DNA from: Eledone cirrhosa
Taxonomy: Eukaryota
Assembly: GCA_964016885.1 (NCBI GenBank)
Contig: OZ024743.1
Span: 222,890,001-222,954,000 of the forward strand
DNA length: 64,000 bases
Direction: 5' to 3'
Below, piece after piece: positions 26,585 through 38,191 of this stretch. Position 1 is the first letter of the stretch; each line of letters begins with the position of its first letter. The position numbers were made by a program, and so were the translations under genes. The notes beneath the pieces were generated by a model that saw only the letters and a list, made by a program, of their open reading frames with translations, had not been told where the DNA came from and did no database searches.

Positions 26585-26749
26585 TTAAGGCAGTAAAGTG
26601 TGATTTGAGATAAATTAAGTCATGTTTATTTTTACCAGAATTGCATAATGTATTGATCCCAAACCTTATTATCTCAGGCATCAGCAGCCCAGCCCTCACT
26701 TGCACAGTGTGAAATCAATTGTAATAAGTAATATACCTAAACTATTGGG

Positions 26750-27050
26750 ATTAGAATCATCAGGTTGTGAATTCAATTCCAGGACCAGGTTGTATATTGT
26801 TTTCCTTTAGCAAGACTATTTCACATTGCTCCAGTTTACTCAGATGTAGAAATGAGTTGTGACGTCACTGGTACCAAGCTGTATTGGTCATAGCCATTCC
26901 CTTGGATAGAATTAGGGGTGCGGAGAGAGGAGACTGGTATGTGTGGTCAACTGCTGATCTTCCACAAAAGACCTTGCCCAGACTTTATGCCTTGGAGGGA
27001 AATTTTTAGGTGCAAATCCCATGGTCATTTGTGACCAAAGGGGGAGGTCA
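26750..27050 (+). mobile_element. tRNA-derived SINE with CORE-like body
   Basis: gaattcaattcc B-box-like, agcaagac..tttcacattgctccagtttactcag.tgtagaaatgag body. Confidence 0.7.
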
Positions 27051-27344
27051 CTCTCTCTATATATATCATCATCATCATCATTTTTATATCGACTTTTCCA
27101 TGCTAGCATTGGTTGAACGTGACTTTTTGAGGCAATGGTTTACAGAGAGATGTTCTTCCTGACACCAATCCTTTCAATCACTTCTTATGACATGCAGAGA
27201 TGATATATGTGGCCTATTTATATAAGTTTATGTAAAAACCTTTCTGTTTCAAACACCAACATGTGAATGTTAGTTTTATGACGAAATCCCTCCAAACTCT
27301 TGATTATTTATTTGAAAATCATAGCCAGTGTCTTTCATTAGTAA

Positions 27345-27847
27345 TCTATATATATAAAACTGAGGATGTCTGTCTGTGTGTGTGTGTGTGTGAGTTTGAA
27401 TCCCTAAAACTAGAGAAGCACCCAACCACATGTAATACTTATGTTTCAGGGAGTGTTCTGAGCACAAAATATTTCGAATTTTCAATGCCCTAGGGACCGC
27501 ATTAGGTGATTTAGCGATCTCTCTCTATAATTCTTAGTCTTTCTCTTTTTAGATAGATACATACTTATAACGTCGCACCCTTATAATATCTGTCTGTATG
27601 TCTGGCTGTCTGCTGCTTCCAGTTATTCTGCCACCCTTGCTCAAGACAAATCTCACACTCATTCCCCAAACAGTTGGTAAGTGCAGACAACTTCTTGCTC
27701 ACGTTTTAAGCCACAGTGTTGCTTACTTACGTACCACCAGACCCTTACTTCTTTGGCCAGCCGTGGTTGTGGCAATACTAAGCTTAGCTAAGGCGGTTAT
27801 ATATTTCACAATACCTTATCCCGTGCAATGCCGTGTACCACTGCTAG
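27345..27847 (+). mobile_element. Non-autonomous Helitron
   Basis: A|TCTATATATATAAAAC 5' end, internal (TG)n, GC-rich subterminal cccgtgcaatgccgtg, CTAG|T 3' end. Confidence 0.8.
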
Positions 27848-28019
27848 TATGGTATAAAAAGATTTTAAATATTAAAAATGATAAGTGTTGAAATGTTACC
27901 CTGGAAATATTTGATTGGTCCTTTTATATTTCAGAGTAGGAGTGGGGTGAATCTTCTTGTCATAAGAATTAAATTAAAGGAACTATAATAAATTTATATT
28001 ATTACATCTATCTCATCAA

Positions 28020-28200
28020 AGCAGGTGAATTGGCAGTAGAATCGGTAGAGCATCAGATAACATGCTCTGTGGCATATAGTTACGTCCCTTTATGTTCCGA
28101 GTTCAAATCCCGCTGAAGCGAGCTTTACTTTTCATCCTTACAGGGATCGATAAAATAAAGTACCACTAACACACTGGAGTCAATTTAATCGACTTTCCCT
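28020..28200 (+). mobile_element. tRNA-derived SINE
   Basis: Same family as 18.6 kb. Confidence 0.8.
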
Positions 28201-28533
28201 ATTATTCTCTATCTGTCTATCTACTGCTTCCTCGTCCTTAGTCCTACCCTTTATGTATCATCCTCGAATCCTTATTCTTATTCTCTGTCTCCTGCTCCTT
28301 ATCTCTTTCTCTCTTACTTTTTATCTTATCCTCTGATATTTTATTGTACTTCCTGCATTTTTATTTCACCAATTTATAAACTCTATACACTATATATGAT
28401 AATAAACAATAATAAAAGTATACTTCTTTATACTTTTATTATTGTTTATTATCTTTTATTATTGATGTTATTGTTTTCATTCACTTGATTCTCCGATATA
28501 TCTATAAATACCAATGTCATGTGTTACACCCTC

Positions 28534-28648
28534 CAGTATTCCGATGATTTGATCAGAGGCACACACTGTATTTAAGGTCAAGTGACGCAATTTTGAGTGA
28601 TCAGCGGCCTTTAGACTCACCTGATCAATGAAACAATTGTTAATACTG
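28534..28648 (+). ncRNA. Hammerhead ribozyme motif (core variant CCGATGA)
   Basis: 7-bp stem I cagtatt/aatactg; stem II ttgatcag/ctgatcaa with ~65-nt insert; GAAA CAATTG TT. Confidence 0.7.
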
Positions 28649-28860
28649 TAAATAAAACCCTTTTTGTACAGCCGACCATATTATTCTTCACTTTTTCACT
28701 ACTATTACTCCAAGAATGACCTGCATGGGAATTCTCGCAAACTCGCCACCTAACTAAGGAAACCTCTTGTTGAGTCAAACAATGCCGTACGTTAAAACTA
28801 TCCATAGAACAGAGTACTCACAACCTCTAACTGGAATACCTAAAACAATAACTTGTTATT

Positions 28861-28895
<35 letters not shown>

Positions 28896-29050
28896 TATGA
28901 TAATAAGGAGTTGACAGACCCAGCATATTCATCAATGCCAGCACCAGTTGTATCTCAGCGTACTCAATAGGTAATGTAGGATACATTCCCAGAGTGTACA
29001 CAGTTATTCGCTTCAATACAACACACATAAAATGGGTGCCTATAATAGTT

Positions 29051-29160
29051 CCTGGACTCGAGTTTCGGACGCACTAATGCAGCAGTAAGGTGCACTGCAA
29101 CCTCCGTCTGAATATATTATGCAACAATGCACAATCGGCTTATGCGGCTTCATCAGCAGG
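29051..29160 (-). ncRNA. Hammerhead ribozyme motif with long stem II
   Basis: minus: cctg CTGATGA a gccgca...gtgcattgt...gcagtgcac...tgcgtc c GAAA CTCGAG TC cagg. Confidence 0.75.
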
Positions 29161-29587
29161 TAATCGCCTAATCAATAACCAATCGATCGACAGAATCCAA
29201 ACACCAGCCCATGCCGGTCATGACTGTTTGTGACAACCGACATGGTAAAGCGATAAGCAACTGGCACCCGATACAACTCTGTCCCTCGACTAGCCACCGA
29301 TTTACAAACTTTACGTGATGGCGGGAGACTAGAAAACTAATCTTTTCGTTCCCATCAAAAGCTCTCAGCCAACGTGTCTCACACACAAATTATTAAGAGG
29401 TGAAAAGATGGCTATTAGAAATAGCAGTCCACATCGATGTATAATAGAATGGTAGCATTCGGCTCATGTCTCCAAGTCCCATGGCTAGAGGAAAGCGTTA
29501 GTAACAATGGTAGTGCCAAGAGCCTTTAACGGACTTTAAATGCGATATAAATATATGTATATATGTATATATATATAAATATATATC

Positions 29588-29641
<54 letters not shown>

Positions 29642-29654
29642 AATATATATATAT

Positions 29655-30152
29655 AAAAATCTACTACAGTCAGTAGGCACCTCTATCAAAACACACCCCC
29701 GTCCCACCACCTCCACCCCACCCACACCGCCCCTTTCAATGTAAAGTTATGTTGGTCCCACAACATCCAGGCCGAAACAAATGAGATCGTGTAGGTGTCA
29801 CGACAAAAAACACACAGTCCACGCTGTAAATGTGGCCGTGTAGGCAACACGGTAAAAACCTCCCAGCCCCACACTGTAAATGTGGTTGGTGTTAGGAAGG
29901 GCATCCAGCTGTAGAAAACCCGCCAGACAGTCCACGCTGTAATGTGGCCGTGTAGGCAACACAGTAAAAACCTCCCAGCCCCACACTGTAAATGTGGTTG
30001 GTGTTAGGAAGGGCATCCAACTGTAGAAAACCCGCCAGACAGTCCTATGCGAGCAAGACAACCACTCTTGCCTCAAGTGGGAAAACCCCCGTCCAAACCC
30101 ATGCAAGCGTGGAACACGGACGCTAAACCTGATGATGATGATGATGATGATA
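29655..30152 (+). mobile_element. SINE-like repeat with RTE-type tail
   Basis: gtggttggtgttaggaagggcatccag core duplicated internally; closely similar copy at 36768-37163; (GAT)n tail. Confidence 0.8.
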
Positions 30153-30153
30153 T

Positions 30154-30261
<108 letters not shown>

Positions 30262-30264
30262 CTG

Positions 30265-32006
30265 ATGAATGTGGAGAACGAATGGGAGAGAGAGAAATTA
30301 CCCTTAGTAGATCCGACAGAGGGACCAGCTATTGAGATTGACGAATATAGGGTCCAAGGTCCAAGAGGTGATTAAGGAAATGTAAAATGGTAAGACTGCT
30401 GGACCATCGGGAATAGTTGCTGAGATGCTGAAGGCATCAGGGGACGTAGGCACTAAACTGGTTGCACGCATCATCAATCAGGCTATATATGGTGGTGTCA
30501 TACCCAAAGACTGGTGCAGCAGTATTCTCATAAATTGCTACAAAGGTAAAGGGGATGCTCTGGAGAGGAGCAATTATAGGGGTATAAAACTGATGGATCA
30601 GGTTATGAAAGTGGCAGAAAGGATATTAGCACAACTAATTAGAGAAAGGGTTAAACTAGATGAGATGCAGTTTGGTTTTGTGCCTGGGAAGAGTACAACA
30701 GATGCCTTCTTCTTGGTGAGACAATTGCAAGAGAGGTTCTTAGAGAAAAATAAGTCACTATACTTAGCCTTTGTTGACCTAGAGAAGGCCTTTGATAGGG
30801 TACCCCGATCTGTCATCTGGTGGTCCCTAAGGAAACTAGGTGTTGAGGAATAGCTTGTGAGGACAGTGCAAACTTTGTACAGAGGTACTCTCATTAAAGT
30901 CAGGGTAGGAATGGAGTTTAGTGAGGAATTCCAGATACAAGTAGGAGTACATCAAGGTACTCCAAGCCATAACAGAGGAGTTTAAGACTGGCTGTCTATG
31001 GGAACTTCTCTATGCTGACGATCTGGTTCTTATAGCAGAATCAGTAGAGGAGCTAGGGAATAAATTCTGGCTATGGAAACAGCAGTTGGACGCAAGAGGA
31101 CTGAGAGTGAATCTAGCTAAGACAAAAGTGTTGATGAGTAGAAAAGAGGACAAAACCCTGATTCCGTCAGGGAAATGGCCATGTTCGATATGCAGAAAAG
31201 GAACTGGCATAAATTCTATAAAATGTACACAATGCAGATCCTGGGTACACAAGAGATGTAGCGGGATAGCAGGCAAACTAACAGGTAGGGAGAAATATGT
31301 ATGCAGTAGATGTACAGGGAAATTAGACAGTAGAAGTCGCATTGATAGACACATTTTTCAAATGCAGGAGGGTGCTATAGAAGTGGTGGATAGCTTCCGG
31401 TACCTAGGAGATCAGATTAGCATGGGAGGAGGTTGTTCCGAGGCCATAGTATCTAGAATAAGGACGGGTTGGAAGAAGTTTAGGGAGCTGCTTCCTCTGC
31501 TGACGAAGAAGGGTTTCTCCCTGCGTACGAAAGGCCGGTTGTATGATGCCTGTGTGAGAAGCGCGATGCTGCATGGTAGTGAGACATGGGCAGCAACTGC
31601 AGAGGATATGCGACGGCTGGAGAGAAATGAGGCAAGCATGCTCCGTTTGATGTGCAGTGTAAATGTGCGTGAATGACCCAGCATGAATGTGTTAAGAGAG
31701 AAACTGTGTCTGAGAGGGATAGAATGTAGTGTACGGGAGAGGAGACTGAGGTGGTATGGACATGTGATGCGCATGGAGGATGACCGATGGGTGAAGAAGT
31801 GCCAGGAAATGCCAGTTGAAGGAAGACGTGGTAGAGGTAGACCACGAAAAACATGGGCGGAGGTGGTGAGTACAGACCTCAGATCATTGAAGCTCACGGT
31901 GGAGATGACGAAGGACCGTGATGAGTGGAGAGATGCTGTGCTGAATAAGACCCATCCGACCCTTGAGAGCAGGGAAGAGCAGACGTAAAATGATGATGAT
32001 GATGAT
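30265..32006 (+). mobile_element. RTE-clade LINE, 5'-truncated, with stops and an internal deletion
   Basis: GKGDALERSNYRGIKL, FVDLEKAFD, LLYADDL, Cys/His insert, [20 protein letters not shown]; (TGA)n tail. Confidence 0.95.
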
Positions 32007-32021
32007 ATGAATGATACAGTA

Positions 32022-32070
32022 AACTGCACTGATGAAGGGTAATCACCCAGAAACATTAGTGCCTGTAGTT
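32022..32070 (+). ncRNA. Hammerhead ribozyme motif (probable U16.1C decay)
   Basis: aactgca CTGATGA a gggt-aatc-accc a GAAA cattagtg CC tgtagtt; 7-bp stem I including one G-U. Confidence 0.65.
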
Positions 32071-32281
32071 CTGTTACATGCCAACACAAGAGCAAGAATG
32101 AGGGGCTCATTCTACTGATATGGCATAAAAGAGGCAAATAATTGCAAATGAATCGAATATTATTATTGATATTCGAAAAACTTAGATTATATTTATATAT
32201 ATGTGCATATATATATGTATGTATATATATGTGTATGTATATATATATATATATATATATGTATGCATATATATATATATG

Positions 32282-32313
<32 letters not shown>

Positions 32314-32341
32314 TGTATGTATATATATATATATATGTATG

Positions 32342-32589
32342 TACAAATATATTACACAGAGAGAAGTGTGTTACACAGTGAGATGTGTGTAAAGAATTAT
32401 TACATGTGGGTTTAACCGTTACTGTATGGAAAACAACACCTACAGGTTAGCAATTAAATAGGGTTCTTTCTATTTAATTGCTAACCTGTAGGTGTTGTTT
32501 TCCATACAGTAACGGTTAAACCCACATGTAATAATTCTTTACACACATCTCACTGTGTAACACACTTCTCTCTGTGTAATATATTTGTA
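32342..32589. repeat. Perfect palindrome, 120-bp arms, 8-nt spacer
   Basis: 32342-32461 is the exact reverse complement of 32470-32589. Confidence 0.95.
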
Positions 32590-32748
32590 TTTGAGCTCAG
32601 TTGAAAATTCTCTGTTCTTCTTTGAGCTGATATTATTATTACTGTGAACTGCGGAATACTCTAATTCTGATTCTTGTATATATGTATGTATATATATATG
32701 TATATATATATATGTATGTATATATATATGTATATATATATATGTATG

Positions 32749-32807
<59 letters not shown>

Positions 32808-32903
32808 GTATGTGTATATATATATATAACGAAGGAGTTGTGGTAAGGAACCAGATGGACCATAACGCACCAGAGTACTCAATACTTAGGGTAGTAGAGT
32901 GGG

Positions 32904-33028
32904 TAATAAGAGAAAGTATGACCCCGACGGCAGAGCTCAAGCCGTTTTGACGTCTATTTCTGGAGAGTCCGGAAATAGCCGTCGAAACGGCTTGAGCTCC
33001 GCCGCCGGGGTCATACTTTCTCCTATTA
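32904..33028. repeat. GC-rich imperfect hairpin, ~61-bp arms, 3-nt loop
   Basis: taataagagaaagtatgaccccg...tgga gag tccg...cggggtcatactttctcctatta. Confidence 0.9.
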
Positions 33029-33082
33029 TATATATATATATAATGTATATATATATATAATGTATATATATATATATAATGT

Positions 33083-33146
<64 letters not shown>

Positions 33147-33147
<1 letters not shown>

Positions 33148-33687
33148 TAGCCAAATTACCCGTGCCTTGCACACATTTTTTTGTAAGAAAATTATGATTT
33201 TTGTTGATAATTTTTGTAATCATAATTCTAGTGATGTTTTGCCACAGATAAAATGTCTAAATTAGCCAAATTTTACTATAAAAGAAAGGAGCTTTTTTTG
33301 TTGATTTATGTTTAATTAATAGAAAAACTCCGTGATAATAGAGGTTCCAATACTCAAGATATGGGGTTCTAAAATGCTCTCTATAGGAGGTTTAACCCCT
33401 ATTAGGGTGTCTTAATATAATTGAAATTTGCCGAAATTTTGTGAATAGGTATCTTATCTTGTCATTTACCTATGGTTTAAATTTCATATAAATCTAAGGG
33501 AAAAATTTTCAGCGGAGGTTTGTGCCCCCGGGGAATTCTTTGATTAAAATGAAATATACTTATCCAAATACCCTGGGCAATGTAGTTTCAGAATATATAT
33601 GGTTATGGGGGTCTATCTCCAAAATCATAGGAAGAGTTTGTGGACAAACAAACAAACAAACAGATAGGAACTAAAACTTTATATAGA
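33147..33687 (-). mobile_element. Non-autonomous Helitron-like element, copy 1
   Basis: minus 5' TCTATATAAAG, (TTTG)n, 3' gcaaggcacgggtaatttggCTAG|T. Confidence 0.7.
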
Positions 33688-34304
33688 TAGCCGAATTATC
33701 CGCGCCTTGCGGCATTTCACACATTTTTCTTTGTAAGAAAATGATGATTGATTTTAAATCAGTGATATAATTTATGGAGAAAAAGTAAAGGGAAAATGTT
33801 AAAAAATTAGAGGCATTAACTAATAATTTTTGTTGTCATAATTCTAGTGATATTTTGCCATAGATAAAATGTCTAAATTAGCCAAATTTTACTATAAAAG
33901 AGAGGTGCTTTTTTTTGTTTATTTACGTTTAATTAATAGAAAAACCCCGTGATAATAGAGGTTCCAATACTCAAGTTGTGGGCTTCCAAAATGTTCACTA
34001 TAAGGGGTTTAACCCCCATTAGGGTCTCTTAATATAATTGAAATTTGCTGAAATTTTGTAAATAGGTATCTTATCTTGTCATTTACCTATGGTTTAAATT
34101 TCATATAAATCGAAGGGAAAACATTTTCAGCGGGGGTTTGTGCCCCCGGGGAACCCTTTGATTAAAATGAAATATACTTATCCAAGTACCCTGGCAATGT
34201 AGTTTCAGAATATATATGGTTATGGGGGTCTATCTCCAAAACCATAGGAGGAGTTTGTGAACAAACAAACAAACAGACAGGAACTGCAACTTTATATATA
34301 TAGA
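33688..34304 (-). mobile_element. Non-autonomous Helitron-like element, copy 2 (head-to-tail)
   Basis: Diverged direct repeat of copy 1; hairpin ccgcgccttgcgg near 33700. Confidence 0.7.
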
Positions 34305-34362
34305 TATAGATATATATATATAATGTATATATATATATATATAATGTCTGTGTATGTATATG

Positions 34363-34393
<31 letters not shown>

Positions 34394-34395
34394 AT

Positions 34396-34677
34396 CATCA
34401 TTTCATCATCATTTCATTTTACGTCCACTTTTTCCCTGCTTGCAAGGGTGGGACGGGAACTGATGCTGGCTTGATATCTACAGCTAGATGCCCTTCCTAA
34501 CACCAACCTCATTTACAGTGAGTGCTGGGTGCTTTTTTGCCGTGGCACCTCCACGACCACTTTGTAGTGGAATGATACTCAGCTGTAGAAATGAGATGAT
34601 AGGGACTGGGGTCCCTATCATCTCATTTCTACAGCTGAGTAAACTGGAGCAATGTGAAATAAAGTATCTTGCTCAAA
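34396..34677 (-). mobile_element. Composite SINE, inverted copy of the 37.2-37.6 kb family
   Basis: Same hairpin (34576-34641) and the same tail on minus. Confidence 0.8.
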
Positions 34678-34696
34678 TATATATATATTTGTTTGT

Positions 34697-36758
34697 ATGG
34701 TGGTGGAACAGTAAGGTGGAGGGGTCAATTAAGGCCAAAAAGCAGGCTTGGAAAGTATGGCGGGATGGGGGAAGTAGAGAAGACTATCAAGTGGCCAGGA
34801 GGGAAGCTAGGAGACAAGTGTACTTAGCAAGAAGGGAAGCTGAGGAAAGAAAGTTCAAGCATGTTCTACAACGCGATGACCAAAAACGTGAGGTGTTCAG
34901 GATTGCTAGGCAATGCATCAAGGAAAACCGTGATATTATCGGGGAGAAGTGTGTACTAAACGACGATGGCACACTTGCCATCACCGACGCTGATAAGAAG
35001 GTAGCTTGGAAGTGTCACTATGAAAGGCTACTAAATGAGGAGAATAAATGGGAGAAAGACAGTCTCCCCCATATCGACCCAATAGAGGGACCAGCAGTGT
35101 TAGTCGAGGGGAGTATGATAAGTAAGGCAATCAAGGATATGAAGACGGGTAAGGCGGCTGGGCCTTCGGAAATAGTTGCTGAGATGCTGAAGGCATCTGG
35201 CACGGTGTGACACACCATGGTCACCCGCATAGTTAACCAAGTCGTACAGAATGGGGTTGTTCCGAAGGACTGGCATAGCAGCATCATCGTTAACTGTTAT
35301 AAGGGTAAAGGAGACGCCCTAGATAGGAGTAACTATAGAGGCATTAAATTAATCGACCAGGTCATGAAGGTCACGGAAAAAGTAATAGCACAACTAATCA
35401 GAGAGAGAATTGACCTAGATGAAATGCAGTTCGGGTTTGTGTCAGGCAAAAGTACCACAGACGCTCTTTTCATTGTACGACAACTACAGGAGAAGTACCT
35501 AGCTAAAGGTAAACCCCTCTACTTAGCTTTTGTCGACTTGGAGAAAGCCTTCGACAGAGTCCCCCGCTCCATTATCTGGTGGGCTCTTAGAAAACTAGGC
35601 GTTGACGAATGGCTTGTGAGAGCTATACAAGCCATGTATAAAGAAACAGTCAGCAAGGTTAGAATTAACAACGAATATAGTGAAGTGTTTAGCGTAAAAG
35701 TTGGTGTCCATCAGGGCTCTGTTCTCAGCCCCCTACTATTTATTATTGCCCTTCAGGCTATAACGGCGGAGTTCAAGACCGGCTGCCCATGGGAACTCCT
35801 ATACGCAGACGACCTGACACTCATAGCGGAATCAATGGCCGAGCTAGAGAAGAAATTCCAAACATGGAAGCACGGCCTAGAATCAAAAGGCCTTAAAATT
35901 AACCTGGCTAAGACTAAAGTTCTAGTTTGTAGGAAAGAAAATAAGGCGGCGGTCCCTTCAGGGAAATGGTCGTGCTCGGTGTGTAGGAAAGGCGTAGGTA
36001 GAAACTCCATTTTATGTCCTAAATGCAAAGTATGGGTGCATAAAAGATATAGTGGGATCACAGGTAAGCTAACTAAGAACATAGATTTTACATGTGGCCG
36101 GTGCTCTGGTGCAATAAGTAGCAGCAAGTGCCTACAAAATACTAGCTCTTTCAATTGCGCAGAGGGTTCTATAGAAATAGTGGACAGCTTCCGTTACCTG
36201 GGTGATAAAATCAGCAGTGGGGGAGGGTGCTCTGAAAGTACAGTAGCTAGAGTCAGAACTGGTTGGAAAAAGTTCAGAGAGCTTATACCACTATTAGCCG
36301 CTAAAGGGTTCTCCCTAAAAATGAAAGGCAGGTTGTACGATGCCTGCATACGAACAGCAATGTTGCATGGCAGTGAGACCTGGGCATTGTGCGCAGAGGA
36401 TATACGCAGACTAGAGAGGGACGAAGCTTGCATGCTCCGCTGGATGTGTAACAGTAATATACGTGAACGGCAAAGCATAAACGAACTAAGGAAAAAATTA
36501 GAAATAAGAGGGATCAGATGTTGTTTACTCGAGAGAAGGCTACGTTGGTATGGACACGTGATGCGCATGAAAGTCGATAGCTGTATAACAAAGTGCAGGG
36601 CAATAAAGATAGACGGTAGCCACGGAATAGGCAGACCTAGAAAAACCTGGGACGAGCTGATAAACTCTGACCTCACACACTTACACCTCTCCAAGACAAT
36701 GTCACTGGACCGAGACCTTTGGCGGTACTCAGTAACAGAGAAGACCCGCCTTACCTAA
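34697..36758 (+). mobile_element. RTE-clade LINE, 5'-truncated, nearly intact RT frame
   Basis: One continuous frame from WWWNSKVE to TEKTRLT* broken only by TGA 35208-35210; complete RT motifs including YADD. Confidence 0.95.
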
Positions 36759-36767
36759 ATACATAGT

Positions 36768-37159
36768 AAAACCTACTACAACCAGTAGGCATCTCTAACA
36801 AAATAAACCCCCCCCCCCCCCCCGTCCCACCACCCCCACCCCATCCACGCCACCCCGTTCTATGTAAAGTTGTGTTGGTGCCACACCATCCAGGCCGAAA
36901 CAAAAGAGATTGTGTAGGTGTCACGACAAAAAAACACACAGTCCACGCTGTAATGTGGCCGTGTAGGCAACACGGTAAAAACCTCCCAGACCCACACTGT
37001 AAATGTGGTTGGTGTTAGGAAGGGCATCCAACTGTAGAAAACCTGCCAGACAGTCCTATGTGAGCAAGACAATCACTCTTGCCTCAAGTGGGACTACCCC
37101 CGTCCAAACCCATGCAAGCGTGGAACACGGACGTTAAACGTTGATGATGATGATGATGA

Positions 37160-37163
<4 letters not shown>
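36768..37163 (+). mobile_element. SINE-like repeat with RTE-type tail
   Basis: Closely similar to 29655-30152; related copies at ~13000-13280(-), 5170-5395, 48680-48895. Confidence 0.8.
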
Positions 37164-37215
<52 letters not shown>

Positions 37216-37216
<1 letters not shown>

Positions 37217-37608
37217 GGAGGCACATGGCTTAGAGCATTGGCCTTGCAATCGAAAGGTTGTGAGTTCAATTCTCAGACCGGGTGATGTGTTGTTTCCTTG
37301 AGCAAGACACTTTATTTCACATTGCTCCAGTTTACTCAGCTGTAGAAATGAGATGATAGGGACCCCAGTCCCTATCATCTCATTTCTACAGCTGAGTAGT
37401 TAGAGCATTGGCCTTGCAATCGAAAGGTTGTGAGCAAAGTGGTCGTGGAGGTGCCACGGCAAAAAAGCACCCAGCACTCTCTGTAAATGAGGTTGGTGTT
37501 AGGAAGGGCATCCAGCTGTAGAAATCAAGCCAGAATCAGTTCCCGTCCCACCCTTGCAAGCAGGGAAAAAGCGGACGTAAAATGAAATGATGAAATGATG
37601 ATGATGAT
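37216..37608 (+). mobile_element. Composite SINE with internal 31-bp-arm hairpin and RTE-type tail
   Basis: tRNA-like head, palindrome 37333-37398, tail cccgtcccacccttgcaagcaggg...(tga)n. Confidence 0.8.
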
Positions 37609-37975
37609 AATGTATATATATACATGCCTATGTATAGATATGGGTGTGTGTTTGTATACCGGAACTTCTGAACTGCGATCATCACCAATAGTAACTTCAC
37701 GCCCTCTTTCTCTCTCTCTTTAATATTTCAAATCATAGAATAATATAAAGGAAAAATATTAAAATGTTTTTAAAAAACCATTGTTGCATTGGACCCATTA
37801 TATTTCTACAATACTCTCTATACTTTCTAACACTGTTACATTTAAAATAGCCACCTCTAAGCTTTGTAACAATCCCTTCTCTCATATCACACCTACCACA
37901 CCAAATAATACGATGCCAGATTTGGTTTCTAATTCTCAAAATGAAATATAGGCAGAGGCATGACTGTGTGGTTAA

Positions 37976-38191
37976 TCTTTTAGCATTTACATTACTCTGT
38001 ATTTACTATTGTATTTGCACGGTAAACACTATTTCACATAATTACCTCACATAATATTGAATCTATGAGATTTTGCCATTTATTTTGAGAACAATACCTT
38101 AACATCAGTATGAGTAGCCGGTTACAGCCGGTTCGAACAGAAAGAGGCAAAATAATTCTTGCCGGATATGGCCGGTTTAAATGCTAAAGGG
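37976..38191. mobile_element. piggyBac-type MITE inserted in a SINE head
   Basis: TTAA duplicated within ggcatgactgtgtggTTAA|agaac. Confidence 0.85.

Noticed and set aside
32142-33223. YI/IY-repeat ORFs (also at 13.5, 15.5, 19.5, 20.4, 30.2, 37.2 kb)
   Set aside because: Translations of (TA)n microsatellites.
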